Shown one piece after another: positions 1-8,675 of a stretch of DNA of 64,000 nucleotides. This stretch comes from Candidatus Nomurabacteria bacterium (lineage in GTDB: Bacteria > Patescibacteriota > Patescibacteriia > HK-STAS-PATE-3). The stretch covers positions 1,018,587 to 1,082,586 of the forward strand of contig CP060223.1 in NCBI GenBank assembly GCA_023898465.1, read 5' to 3'. Numbering within the stretch: position 1 is the first letter of the stretch; the number at the start of each line of letters is the position of its first letter. The position numbers were made by a program, and so were the translations under genes. Below the pieces are notes generated by a model, which saw nothing but the letters and a program-made list of their open reading frames with translations, was not told where the DNA came from and did not search any database.

Positions 1-188
1 AAAGATGCCATCAGGTCGAGAACGTGTGCGCTCCCATCAAATTCGAGTAAGCCAAATGCTCCAACTAAAATCCCAGCAACCAAGTAGGCCACTAAGGTAG
101 GTTGACGTAGCACTCGGGCAACGAGTCCGAGAATTGCAGCGAGAACGATGACAAGGGTTACGTCGGCAAATGCAGCAGGCATATACAT
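1..188 (-). CDS. Partial CDS (N-terminus, runs off window): CPA2/Kef-type cation:proton antiporter-like membrane protein
   Basis: Reverse-strand frame starting ATG 186-188 reads MYMPAAFADVTLVIVLAAILGLVARVLRQPTLVAYLVAGILVGAFGLLEFDGS..., a typical N-terminus of monovalent cation/H+ antiporters. The supplied ORF track (37..240) is in a different frame and not protein-like. Confidence 0.5.
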   Translation of the reverse strand, partial: MYMPAAFADVTLVIVLAAILGLVARVLRQPTLVAYLVAGILVGAFGLLEFDGSAHVLDLMAS

Positions 189-196
189 AGTATAAA

Positions 197-238
197 GTGA
201 CAAGTAATAAGTGACAAGTAATAAGTGACAATAGATAC
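197..238. repeat. Tandem 14-nt direct repeat (gtgacaagtaataa x2 plus a degenerate third copy) in the promoter region upstream of the PPIase gene
   Basis: Direct reading: gtgacaagtaataa gtgacaagtaataa gtgacaatagatac. Confidence 0.7.
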
Positions 239-299
239 AAAGCAATTTCTCTTTGTTTACTTGTGAGAAAGGCAAGTTACTTGCTATACTTTTGCTGTT

Positions 300-944
300 A
301 TGTTCACACGTAAAACATTCATTCTTAGCATAAGCGCGCTTGGTCTGCTTGGTTTGATTTTCGCCTTCACTCGTTCCGGGGGAAATGTGAGTGAATCAAA
401 TACCAATACAAGTCGCGTTGAAGGAGTAGCCACTATGTCTAGTCAGCAGGAGAAGCTTGCCCAGTCGCCGACAGCTGTTGTAGAAACAAATTTCGGGACA
501 ATGAAGATTCGCTTTTATGCAGATGATGCGCCAGAGCTAACAAAAAACTTTATTGAGCTAGCCAAGAGCGGGTATTACGATGGATTAACTTTTCATCGGA
601 TTGTCCCGGGTTTTGTTATTCAGGGTGGTGACCCAAATGGTACAGGTACAGGCGGGCATAGCTATAAAGGTGAGGGTCAGGGCTTAGCCGATGAGCCAGG
701 TGCTTTAGCGCTTACGCATGAAGTTGGTGCGGTGGCCTGGGCAAAATCAAGCCTACCGAATTCTATTGGTAGTCAATTCTATATCGCTTTGCAGGAGTTA
801 CCAATGCTTGATGGTGGTTACTCAGTTTTTGGTCAGGTTGTTGAAGGTATGGATGTAGTGCAAAAAGTTGCTGCAGTGCAAACTGATGCCAGTGACATGC
901 CAGTGGATCCGGTGACCATTACAAAAGTAAGCTTGTTAGAATAA
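300..944 (+). CDS. ppiB: Peptidyl-prolyl cis-trans isomerase, cyclophilin type, with N-terminal membrane anchor or signal
   Basis: FHRIVPGFVIQGGDPNGTGTGG cyclophilin signature; hydrophobic N-terminus. Confidence 0.9.
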   Translation: MFTRKTFILSISALGLLGLIFAFTRSGGNVSESNTNTSRVEGVATMSSQQEKLAQSPTAVVETNFGTMKIRFYADDAPELTKNFIELAKSGYYDGLTFHRIVPGFVIQGGDPNGTGTGGHSYKGEGQGLADEPGALALTHEVGAVAWAKSSLPNSIGSQFYIALQELPMLDGGYSVFGQVVEGMDVVQKVAAVQTDASDMPVDPVTITKVSLLE

Positions 945-954
945 CTTAGCAAAA

Positions 955-990
955 AAATAAAAATCAGCTCGTAAAAAGCTGATTTTTATT
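955..990. terminator. Bidirectional intrinsic terminator between the convergent PPIase and efp genes
   Basis: aaaatcagc-tcgtaaaa-gctgatttt hairpin flanked by an A-run and a T-run. Confidence 0.7.
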
Positions 991-1041
991 TAGTCAAATT
1001 TATGCGCGCTCGACCTCTCAACTTGCTCGAAGTCTCGCTCG

Positions 1042-1614
1042 CTACGCTCTCTCGACGTATTCGCCGGTTTCAGTGTTGACGCGGATGACGTCGCCGTTTT
1101 TCACAAATGCCGGGACGCGGATAGTCGCACCAGTTTCCACTTTTGCTTCTTTTAAAACAGCACCTTGGGCAGTATCACCACGGACAGCGTCTGTGGTTTC
1201 TGTTACCGTCAGAGTTAGCTTCATTGGCAATTCAATAGTAACTGGCTTGCCGTTGTAGTTCATGATATCGACATCGAGTCCCTCAGTCATGAATTGCACT
1301 TCGTGTTCGAGTTGTGTTAGGGGGAGGGAGAATTGGTCGTAGCTTTCCGAGTCCATAAACACGCACTGATCGCCCTCGACATAGAGGAAACTTGCTTTGC
1401 CACGGCTAAGATCAGCCCGCTCTACTCGGTCGCCTGACTTAAAGGTCTGCTCGATAACCCGGCCATCCAACAAGTTTTTCAACTTCGTACGCATGTTCGG
1501 CTTACCCTGCGATTTGCGCATGAAGGATGCTTCCACAATCTTATATGGTGCACCACTCCAGTTAATCACCACGCCGAGTTTTAGGTCGGTGAGGTTTTGT
1601 AGAATGTCAGCCAT
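1042..1614 (-). CDS. efp: Elongation factor P
   Basis: Full-length similarity to EF-P (KOW/OB domains; ...KNGDVIRVNTETGEYVERA). Confidence 0.95.
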   Translation of the reverse strand: MADILQNLTDLKLGVVINWSGAPYKIVEASFMRKSQGKPNMRTKLKNLLDGRVIEQTFKSGDRVERADLSRGKASFLYVEGDQCVFMDSESYDQFSLPLTQLEHEVQFMTEGLDVDIMNYNGKPVTIELPMKLTLTVTETTDAVRGDTAQGAVLKEAKVETGATIRVPAFVKNGDVIRVNTETGEYVERA

Positions 1615-1617
1615 ATA

Positions 1618-1842
1618 CTATTGAACCACAAATGGGATAAGCGCCATGAAGCGAGCACGCTTGATTGCTTCGGCCAGGCGTCGCTGGTGCTTCATGCAGA
1701 CACCTGATCGGCGCCGCGGCACAATCTTCCCATATGAAGAAGTGAAACGCTGCAAGAGGCGAGTATCTTTGTAATCAATGTCTTCGATTGCGTTGACGCA
1801 AAAGTGACATGAGTGAGGTTGGATTTTTTGAGTGTTGTTCAT
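1618..1842 (-). CDS. rpsR: 30S ribosomal protein S18
   Basis: CHFC...IDYKD...[27 protein letters not shown]; conserved rpsF-ssb-rpsR cluster. Confidence 0.95.
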   Translation of the reverse strand: MNNTQKIQPHSCHFCVNAIEDIDYKDTRLLQRFTSSYGKIVPRRRSGVCMKHQRRLAEAIKRARFMALIPFVVQ

Positions 1843-1843
1843 A

Positions 1844-2284
1844 CTAGAAAGGAATTTCTTCTACATTAATTTCGCCGTCATCAGCTGGGGCCGATTGAGG
1901 AGCACTTGCACCAGCACTGTCCTGTGACGGTGCGCTAGACATCGGGCTTTGGCCAGGTCGGTCAAGCATAATCATATTCTCAGCTACGATTTCTGTTCGG
2001 TTTCGCTTATTGCCTGATGGGTCTTCCCAGTTACGGGTTTGCATGCGACCTTCGATGAAGACGCGGCTACCCTTTTTGAGATATTGACTGCAGGTTTGTG
2101 CTAAACCAGACCAGGCGACAACATTATGGAACTCAGCAGCTTGCTTTCGTTCTCCGCTGTCTCGGTCTTTCCAAGTGCGGTTTGTAGCGACGCCGAATGA
2201 GCAGACTGATTGTCCGTTTGGAGTGTTACGGAGCTCAGGGTCTCGAGTGACGTTGCCGATAATTTGTGCGCGATTGAAATCCAT
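1844..2284 (-). CDS. ssb: Single-stranded DNA-binding protein
   Basis: OB-fold N-terminus; Gly/Ser/Ala-rich linker; acidic C-terminal tail [12 protein letters not shown]. Confidence 0.9.
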   Translation of the reverse strand: MDFNRAQIIGNVTRDPELRNTPNGQSVCSFGVATNRTWKDRDSGERKQAAEFHNVVAWSGLAQTCSQYLKKGSRVFIEGRMQTRNWEDPSGNKRNRTEIVAENMIMLDRPGQSPMSSAPSQDSAGASAPQSAPADDGEINVEEIPF

Positions 2285-2296
2285 AGGTGTGTTTGC

Positions 2297-2794
2297 TTAT
2301 TTGATGAGATCTTGTTCAAGGAGCTCGTCGATTTTTTCGTCTAAGTTTTCGAGAGAAGCGCGATCGTCTTCTTTTTCCACCTTGCGAGAAGAGGTGTTTT
2401 CCTCTTTTTCATCGCGTGACTCTTCAGCCTCGCTTTGCGCTTCTGCGCGTCGCTTGGCTTGAATGCGTTCTTGCAATTCCCGCTGGGCTGCTTCCATTTC
2501 TGGAGTGCGGACTGGCAAACGGATAATCTGATGACGTACTAAGTCTTGCTCGAGTCGAAAAATGCGATCGAGCTCAGCTAACTTTGTGCCGTCGATATCA
2601 AGCTCAAGAAGGACATAGAAGCCCTGCTTTAAGTGATTAATCTCATAGGCTAAGCGGCGCTTGCCCATGTTTTCGATTTTGGTGATTTGTCCACCAATAT
2701 CGCTGATGTGCTTTTGCAACGTAGAAGCGTATTGTTCAGCTTCTTCGTCAGTAAAGCGGGGGTTGATGAGGAGGAGTAATTCGTAGTGTTGCAT
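2297..2794 (-). CDS. rpsF: 30S ribosomal protein S6 with a long acidic C-terminal extension
   Basis: MQHYELLLLINPRFTDEEAE...GKRRLAYEI matches S6. True start is the internal Met (cat at 2792-2794); the upstream 40 codons of the track ORF look non-coding. Confidence 0.9.
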   Translation of the reverse strand: MQHYELLLLINPRFTDEEAEQYASTLQKHISDIGGQITKIENMGKRRLAYEINHLKQGFYVLLELDIDGTKLAELDRIFRLEQDLVRHQIIRLPVRTPEMEAAQRELQERIQAKRRAEAQSEAEESRDEKEENTSSRKVEKEDDRASLENLDEKIDELLEQDLIK

Positions 2795-3102
2795 ATGCTG
2801 AATTAAGAATATCGCACGGATGGCGGACCCGGGCGATGTAGACTTAGCTATATCGTGCGGGGGCCCTTGAGGGGTAATCCTTACTTCGCATAGAGCTCGA
2901 AGGACTGTCCGCAATCTCGTTGTAAAAGCACCCTAACACAGGGTTATTTTTTTGGCAAGGGTAGAGAAAGTAAAGCACGAAACTCCAAATACAAGGCTCT
3001 AAACAAATTCTAAATCCAAAACATTTACTAAATAGACTGAATTTAGGTCATTGAAATTTCTTATTTGTTTGGATATTCGATATTAGTATTTAGAATTTAT
3101 CT

Positions 3103-4335
3103 ATGAGACTGTGCTACACTTCTCCTATGCCCCAGTATTACTTTATTCTTGGTAAAAACCCGAAGCTCTCTTTAGCAGAGCTAGACCAAGCCCTGCAGAC
3201 TCGTGCCATTACCAGCGAAGTGGTGGCTCGTGCTTCTGACTACTGTATTTTGGAGACCAAAGAAGAGTTAAATCTGGTGGAGTTATTGCAGCACTTGGGA
3301 GGTACACTGAAGGCAGGGCAAATACTTGAAGGGCTTTCTTCACGAGATGAAGTACAAAGTATCTGCGCAAATGTAGATTGGGCAGAGAAAAAACTACCGC
3401 TCACAAAACATCGGGCAGAATTTGGTATAAGCGTCTACGGGACAAAAAAGTCTGGACCCTTAAGTAAGCGCTATGGTCTAGGTTTAAAAAAAGCATTGCA
3501 GTCAATTGGACATTCTGTGCGGATGATTTTTGATCCAAGCGGCCAACTCAGCAGTGTTACCGTAGCAAAGAATGGATTACTGAGTAAGGGTTTTGAGCTT
3601 TGCGTGTTAGAAAGTGCCACTCAACATTGGCTTGGACTTAGTCAGGCAGTGCAATCATTCCGCAAGTTTAGTGAGCGGGATTATGGCCGACCTGACCGTG
3701 ATGCGCGCAATGGCATGCTTCCGCCAAAGTTGGCACTCATGATGCTTAATATTGCGGGCGCAAAAAGCGGAAGCGTCGTGCTCGATCCTTTTTGTGGATC
3801 AGGTACTGTACTGCAAGAAGCACTTTTGCTGGGATGCAAAAAAGTTTATGGTTCGGATATTAGCGAGAAGGCGGTAAAAGATTCGCAAAATAATGTACAG
3901 TGGCTTAGTACGCAGGAGAAGTCGATTGGCACTGTGCAGATACGTAAAGTTGACGCTCGTCAGCTGCGTCCTACCTATGTCGCAGAGTCGGTTGATGTGA
4001 TTGTGACCGAGCCAGACCTTGGTCCGCCGCGACCGGCGCGTAACGAGGAGCAAATAGAAGAACGACGACAAGAAGCCATTGCTTTGTATCGATCTTTCTT
4101 ATCATCAGCGACCAAGGTGTTGAAGGCAAACGGTCGGGTGGTTATGGCTTGGCCCGTTTGGTCTCTGCAGGATACTCGTTATCACTTGCATCCAAAGAAA
4201 ATACTACCAGACGGCTGGACACTACTTTGGCCCTATGGTGATCTAGTATCGCAGGATGGTGAAAAGACCTTGCTCTATGAGCGACCAGGTCAGTTTGTAG
4301 CTCGTGAGATTGTGATACTCTCCCCAAATAAATAG
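3103..4335 (+). CDS. Putative SAM-dependent methyltransferase (UPF0020/Trm11/RlmL-like amino-methyltransferase fold), substrate unknown
   Basis: Motif I VLDPFCGSGTVLQEA; acidic D/E ...SDISEKA; motif IV-like VTEPDLGPP. Confidence 0.6.
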   Translation: MRLCYTSPMPQYYFILGKNPKLSLAELDQALQTRAITSEVVARASDYCILETKEELNLVELLQHLGGTLKAGQILEGLSSRDEVQSICANVDWAEKKLPLTKHRAEFGISVYGTKKSGPLSKRYGLGLKKALQSIGHSVRMIFDPSGQLSSVTVAKNGLLSKGFELCVLESATQHWLGLSQAVQSFRKFSERDYGRPDRDARNGMLPPKLALMMLNIAGAKSGSVVLDPFCGSGTVLQEALLLGCKKVYGSDISEKAVKDSQNNVQWLSTQEKSIGTVQIRKVDARQLRPTYVAESVDVIVTEPDLGPPRPARNEEQIEERRQEAIALYRSFLSSATKVLKANGRVVMAWPVWSLQDTRYHLHPKKILPDGWTLLWPYGDLVSQDGEKTLLYERPGQFVAREIVILSPNK

Positions 4336-4405
4336 CCTTGACATTGATGTCGGCATTACTTATGTTGGCAGTGTTTGTTGCACCTTAAAGAGGAGGGAAG
4401 AGTCG

Positions 4406-4594
4406 ATGGGAGATTGTGAGGGTGAACACGAGGGCGTTAGGACTGGACTTACGGAAGTCTACTGGGATCCCAAATCAGGGAAGTTTCTATATAGAGGCCG
4501 TACGCGTCCGGGTGTGCCCAGTGAAAGGTCCATCAAGTCGAAGCTCGGGGAGAAGTCGAAATCTCGAAAGAAAAGGAGTGGCAAGAAGAAATGA
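4406..4594 (+). CDS. Small (62 aa) basic hypothetical protein with a K/R/S-rich tail; GC-rich standalone gene
   Basis: Own promoter TTGACA-17-TATGTT (4338-4366), RBS AGGAGGG 7 nt upstream, intrinsic terminator directly downstream. Confidence 0.45.
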   Translation: MGDCEGEHEGVRTGLTEVYWDPKSGKFLYRGRTRPGVPSERSIKSKLGEKSKSRKKRSGKKK

Positions 4595-4604
4595 GGCGGC
4601 GTAT

Positions 4605-4640
4605 GGCGACACATCAGGACGATGGTCGCCTTTTTCTTAT
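4605..4640 (+). terminator. Intrinsic terminator
   Basis: ggcgac-(14 nt loop)-gtcgcc followed by tttttctt. Confidence 0.6.
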
Positions 4641-4689
4641 AAAAAGCAAAAAGCTGAGATAGTGACTAGTTTCAAAAAATGAACGAAAA

Positions 4690-4975
4690 AGAGACTGACA
4701 CAGAGGCCAGTCTCTTTGGAATTCAATCAGATCGCGTTATCGAACACGAGTCCCCATCATTTGTTGACGGGGCCGCGGAATGACGCGGGGAGGTGGCGAG
4801 GGTCGAGTGGTGCGTCTGCTTTGGATGAGCAGGCGGGCCGCCATTCGTACAGCAAATCGTCCGTCAACACAAGGGCGAAGTCCGTATTTGAAATTCGCCC
4901 ACAGGGTTCTCCTGTTCGTGGCGATCATGCCAGTCCTTTCGTTGCAGTGTGGAAAGTGCATTCCCTCCACTAACA
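4690..4975 (-). other. Minus-strand transcription unit (promoter TTGCAG-16-TATACT at about 4985-5012; terminator hairpin agagactg..cagtctct+T5 at 4686-4720). Encodes either a 74-aa Arg-rich ORF or a ncRNA
   Basis: Promoter, internal RBS GGAGGG-5-ATG (MHFPHC...) and a rho-independent terminator are all on the minus strand. Neither translation looks like a known protein. Confidence 0.35.
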
Positions 4976-5030
4976 TAGCTAGTATAGCGCGTTCCTATAC
5001 GACTGCAAGTGGATAGCGTACAATGCACAT

Positions 5031-5717
5031 ATGTCAGAACGATTACAGAAATTTATTGCCCGTTCGAGTCAGTATTCGCGACGCCGAGCTGAGGAGCTCA
5101 TGAAAAGCGGTGTGGTAAAAGTAAACGGCCAGGTTATTCGCCAACTCGGCACCAGTGTAAATCCAGAAGAAGACGTGGTGGAGGTGCTTGGTAAGAGGGT
5201 GAATCCAGAAACGCGGATCCGCTACATAGTTGTACATAAGCCGCGCGGGTATGTGTGTACACGGGCGCGTCATGCAAAAGAAAAAACAGTCTACGACCTT
5301 GTGCCAAATAGTCGAGACCTGGTGATTGCTGGGCGCTTGGACAAAGAGTCAGAGGGTCTCGTACTACTCACCAATGATGGCGCATTAGTGCAGCAGCTGA
5401 CCCATCCTAGTTACCAGCATGAGAAAGAATACGAAGTAGTAACTGCGCAGCGAATCACTGATGCTCATATTGCCAAACTGCTTCGTGGAGTGCCGCTTAA
5501 GGAAGGTTTGGCAAAAGCGGATAAAGTACAACGAATAAGTGAGAAGAAAATAAGACTAGTACTTCATCAAGGTTGGAAACGGCAAATTCGTCGTATGTGT
5601 GAAGTGATTGGCTTAAGCGTATTGCGATTGAAGCGAATTCGCATGGGGAGTCTGAAGCTTGATACACTTGAACTTGGCGCATCCCGCGGTGTGAAAAGGG
5701 ATGACTTTTTAAGTTAG
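5031..5717 (+). CDS. Pseudouridine synthase, RsuA/RluB family, with N-terminal S4 RNA-binding domain
   Basis: S4 domain (RLQKFIARSSQYSRRRAEELMKSGVVKVNG), VVHKPRGYVCT, AGRLDKESEGLVLLTNDG catalytic-Asp motif. Confidence 0.85.
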   Translation: MSERLQKFIARSSQYSRRRAEELMKSGVVKVNGQVIRQLGTSVNPEEDVVEVLGKRVNPETRIRYIVVHKPRGYVCTRARHAKEKTVYDLVPNSRDLVIAGRLDKESEGLVLLTNDGALVQQLTHPSYQHEKEYEVVTAQRITDAHIAKLLRGVPLKEGLAKADKVQRISEKKIRLVLHQGWKRQIRRMCEVIGLSVLRLKRIRMGSLKLDTLELGASRGVKRDDFLS

Positions 5718-5812
5718 ATATTGTTGAAGAAAAAGCATTGTAACAGCTGCTTGTCTATTTTTTTGCTATGTGTTAAAAAAGGGAATGGATCTTTTCAACC
5801 TGGAGGTGAGTT

Positions 5813-6037
5813 ATGGGTTGTCATGAGTCTAGTAATGGCCCCGATGCACATGACTGTGCCGACTGGGAAAGTTGGGTGGAGTTTTTGCAGGGACCTAAGC
5901 CAACTTCTCCGCTGTTGGATGTACCTCGAGAATCGAGCGGATTTTCTGGAATCGATGAAGGTCTGAGACAGGATTTCTGGGCTAGCCTTTTGCGTTTTTC
6001 GAAGATCCTGAATGAAGAGAAGCCTGAGTCGAGCTAA
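5813..6037 (+). CDS. Hypothetical small acidic protein (74 aa), GC-rich
   Basis: RBS GGAGGTG 5 nt upstream; first gene of a two-gene unit closed by a terminator at 6340-6370. Confidence 0.4.
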   Translation: MGCHESSNGPDAHDCADWESWVEFLQGPKPTSPLLDVPRESSGFSGIDEGLRQDFWASLLRFSKILNEEKPESS

Positions 6038-6048
6038 GGAGGGACAGT

Positions 6049-6306
6049 ATGGGAACCGGAGAATGTACTGGTGGAGAACGCATCCGGACTGGTGAGTCCT
6101 GGGAGGAGCATCAGGAAGGCTATCGCTATCTCGAGATGCAAGCGCGCTTGGACGCTATGTCAGATGCTCTTGGTCTGCCCTTGGCTGGTTCGAGTCGTCG
6201 AATGGAAGTGGTGCCGCCTGCTCAGGTGCCGAGGTGGTTGCGACCTGACGCATCAATGCAGCGGCCGAAGTATGCACCTTGGTATCGCCAGTCGCATGAA
6301 TGGTGA
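6049..6306 (+). CDS. Hypothetical small protein (85 aa), GC-rich
   Basis: RBS AAGGAGGG 6 nt upstream; terminator follows. Confidence 0.4.
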   Translation: MGTGECTGGERIRTGESWEEHQEGYRYLEMQARLDAMSDALGLPLAGSSRRMEVVPPAQVPRWLRPDASMQRPKYAPWYRQSHEW

Positions 6307-6339
6307 GTCGGCATGCACGACATCAACATCCAATAGAGA

Positions 6340-6370
6340 GGTCGTCCTATCAAGGAACGACCTTTTTCTT
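6340..6370 (+). terminator. Intrinsic terminator
   Basis: ggtcgt-cctatcaaggaa-acgacc followed by tttttctt. Confidence 0.65.
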
Positions 6371-6439
6371 ATAATAGTTTTTTGAAAAAAAATTTAGTTT
6401 GGAATAGTATAATAAAAGAAAGCATTAAACAAATAGCAT

Positions 6440-7057
6440 ATGCAATCAAAAATACTCACCGCAACACTTTCTGTAGCTATTATCATAATGGCGGGTGTAA
6501 TTATCTATTTATTAGGAACAAATAAGGAGAGTCAGACCACGGCGACAACAAATTCTTCATTAACGAACACTAGTGTCTTGGTTGATACGGTGACCGAAAA
6601 GAATTGTTTGGCTGATGATTGTCTCTTGGTTGATAACCTGGAATACCCAGCAGCCAATCTTCCTTCATATGTAATCACCGCGCTTGGCAAAGCAATTGAT
6701 GATGAGTATAAAGCGCGAGCGACTTACGAAGCGGTAATTGATCAATTTGGTTCCACTCGACCCTTCTCCATGATCATCCGGGCTGAGGAGCAGCACATTA
6801 GCTCACTTAAAGCTATATATGATAAGTATGGAGTAGATATCCCGGTTGATCCGTATGAGGTCGACGCTCTCGACATCCCCGATACAATTGCGGAAGCGTG
6901 TCAACTTGGAGTAGAGGCGGAAATTGCAAATGCTGCGTTATATCGAGATGAGTTATTACCAGAGGTGAGCGCATACGCCGACATAATCTCAGTGTTTGAA
7001 AGCTTAATGAATGCCTCACAAGAGAAGCATCTTCCGGCATTTCAAAAGTGTAGTTGA
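6440..7057 (+). CDS. Membrane-anchored ferritin-like protein of the DUF2202 family
   Basis: N-terminal TM helix; DDEYKARATYEAVIDQFGSTRPFSMIIRAEEQHISSLKAIYDKYG...ALYRDELLPEV pattern typical of the DUF2202 ferritin-like fold. Confidence 0.65.
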   Translation: MQSKILTATLSVAIIIMAGVIIYLLGTNKESQTTATTNSSLTNTSVLVDTVTEKNCLADDCLLVDNLEYPAANLPSYVITALGKAIDDEYKARATYEAVIDQFGSTRPFSMIIRAEEQHISSLKAIYDKYGVDIPVDPYEVDALDIPDTIAEACQLGVEAEIANAALYRDELLPEVSAYADIISVFESLMNASQEKHLPAFQKCS

Positions 7058-7107
7058 GTAATGAGAAAAACCGCGCAGCCTGTGAGAAGCGTGCGCGGCT
7101 GGTCGAG

Positions 7108-7620
7108 TCATTCGGGGTAGAGGGCGAGCGATGAGCGGTCAACATCTGGCACGTCAGCTAGGCAGAGTGCAGGGGTGAGCGTGGGATCGCGAATGAGCAG
7201 GCTGATGTGAAGTAGATCCTCATCACCGGTACGTTTTGACCGGAAGATGATGGGGTCGCGATACCAAGGCTTGATGATGAGCGTCCATCCCTCTCGCATA
7301 TGACCTGGATTTGCAAAAGTGATTGACTGATCGTGCACAGACGGACTCCAAGGAAAGGAGCTCGTATGTTTCCCTGCTGCGGTTGTGAGTGTAACTCGCG
7401 AGCCAAGGAAGGCGCGATTACAGTGATAGACTTGAATCGAGTCAGGTTCGATGTCCTCGAGTTCGGGGTCAAAGACGGCGATCCGTGGATAAGGAGTCAC
7501 TTGGACTCGCTTCGGACCATAGACATGATCATAGACCCAGGTCACCGAAGCAGGGAATACGCCGATGAGAAGCAGTAGTGAGACGATCACAAGGGAAATC
7601 CAGCCAAAAGCCTTTCGCAC
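7108..7620 (-). CDS. Hypothetical membrane-anchored protein (GTG start)
   Basis: RBS AGGAGG 6 nt before GTG; N-terminal TM segment ISLVIVSLLLLIGVF. Confidence 0.5.
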   Translation of the reverse strand: MRKAFGWISLVIVSLLLLIGVFPASVTWVYDHVYGPKRVQVTPYPRIAVFDPELEDIEPDSIQVYHCNRAFLGSRVTLTTAAGKHTSSFPWSPSVHDQSITFANPGHMREGWTLIIKPWYRDPIIFRSKRTGDEDLLHISLLIRDPTLTPALCLADVPDVDRSSLALYPE

Positions 7621-7794
7621 TACGCACCTCCTGTGCAGGTTTTCCTAAAGAGCAATTGCTATAGAGCACAGCTTAACTGGATTTTGTATTTTCGCCAAGT
7701 CTAAAGTAGCACTTGCAAATTTTTAGCTCCCTGTGGTAAAGCAAAGAAGCTCTTTATCCCGTGAACGCAAAACATTCAAGTAAAGGAGGTTGCG

Positions 7795-8067
7795 GTGTCA
7801 CCGGAACAGCGGAATAGGAAGCGTTTGCGCAAGAGTTGCGAAAAGCAACTTCAACGGAACGGAACCATGCCTCCTGGTCCGTGGAGGTGGGTGCATGGCG
7901 TGCTCTATGATCGCAATGATCAGGAGTTGACTCGCGAGCGTCCAGAAGCCCTTGGTCTCGAGGGCCTCCCAAAGCCGCTCGAACGGTCAGGATCTCGTTT
8001 CCCGAATCGACCGAGGGAGTATGGGCGGGACGGTTCGTCCACTCAGCAGAGGCCAAGCTGGTGGTGA
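7795..8067 (+). CDS. Hypothetical small basic protein (90 aa), GTG start, GC-rich
   Basis: RBS AAAGGAGG 5 nt upstream of GTG; low-complexity basic sequence. Confidence 0.35.
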   Translation: MSPEQRNRKRLRKSCEKQLQRNGTMPPGPWRWVHGVLYDRNDQELTRERPEALGLEGLPKPLERSGSRFPNRPREYGRDGSSTQQRPSWW

Positions 8068-8127
8068 GATGTCTGCAGGTGAGTTGCAATATACTCACCT
8101 GCCTTTTTATTAGTAAAGCCGCGCAAC

Positions 8128-8349
8128 TCAGAGTGAGTGCGCGGCTGAAGCCGGACAAGAATCTTCTTCGCAGTCGGTTTCGTGGTTTCCGGTGGAAACA
8201 TCGGGCTTCTGACGAGTCACGACGAGTACGACGACGAGGAAAATGGACAGTGCGCAGAGAAAGCACACCATAAGTATGGTGTAGTCGGGGTCCGGCGCAG
8301 GCTGAGGCGGATCGACTAGTCCAAAGATAGGGTCAAGGTAAAAGAGCAT
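8128..8349 (-). CDS. Hypothetical small single-TM membrane protein (about 73 aa; internal Met start)
   Basis: RBS GGAGG 6 nt before internal ATG (MLFYLDPIF...); Pro-rich segment then a TM helix; candidate promoter TTGACC-17-TACCAT upstream. Confidence 0.35.
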   Translation of the reverse strand: MLFYLDPIFGLVDPPQPAPDPDYTILMVCFLCALSIFLVVVLVVTRQKPDVSTGNHETDCEEDSCPASAAHSL

Positions 8350-8453
8350 GACTACCTCCGAGTTTGCAGCCATTTGCATGGTAGTTAGTTTTTACCTTTA
8401 GGTCAATAAAAACCTGCGAGTATATTCTTGACAAAGGGTCATGAATTGCTAAG

Positions 8454-8663
8454 GTGGTTTTGTTTACTAGGCTCTTTTTAGGCGAGGTGCACATGGCTGA
8501 GAAAATGCCCAAATCAGTAAAGGCCAAGAACGCTCAGTTTGAGCAATGTCCGATCTGCCGACAGGTAGATATCCGACCACTTGTAGATCATCTCACCCCG
8601 GACGGTAAGATGACCTGTCCTGGACCGCGGCTTCAGGTATGTGACGGTGAATCAAGCAACTGA
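8454..8663 (+). CDS. Hypothetical small Cys-containing (CPxC ... CPGP..C) protein, probably starting at the internal Met (MAEKMPK...)
   Basis: Promoter-like TTGACA-16-TAAGGT upstream; Cys pattern suggests a zinc ribbon. Confidence 0.3.
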   Translation: MVLFTRLFLGEVHMAEKMPKSVKAKNAQFEQCPICRQVDIRPLVDHLTPDGKMTCPGPRLQVCDGESSN

Positions 8664-8675
8664 GGAGGTGTTACC

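Noticed and set aside
197-238. Possible CRISPR array (short direct repeats)
   Set aside because: Only 2.5 copies of a 14-nt unit with no spacers of unique sequence; no cas genes anywhere in the window. Interpreted as promoter-proximal iterons, not CRISPR.
37-240. ORF-track CDS 37..240 (-) 67 aa
   Set aside because: Cys/Arg-rich nonsense in that frame. A different minus-strand frame gives a canonical cation/H+ antiporter N-terminus (reported as partial CDS 1..188).
2795-2914. N-terminal 40-codon extension of rpsF in the ORF track (MRTVLRALCEV...)
   Set aside because: S6 homology begins exactly at the internal Met (MQHYELLL). The extension has no counterpart in S6 and overlaps the promoter region.
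4690-4975. RNase P RNA, tmRNA or SRP RNA in the 4.7-5.0 kb and 31.3-31.8 kb non-coding stretches
   Set aside because: I looked for the P4 GGAAAGUCCGGGC motif, the SRP GGAAGCAGCC motif and a tmRNA T-arm/CCA end with an ANDxxALAA-type tag frame, and none are present. The regions are left as unclassified structured-RNA candidates.
7754-8266. 170-aa minus-strand ORF (Arg-rich) and several other long overlapping ORFs in GC-rich stretches (e.g. 14113..14700, 14396..14983, 47788..48261, 51646..52380, 43844..44200)
   Set aside because: These are antisense or alternative-frame artefacts typical of GC-rich or already-assigned coding DNA. They lack RBSs, overlap well-supported genes, and translate to low-complexity R/S/P-rich sequence.
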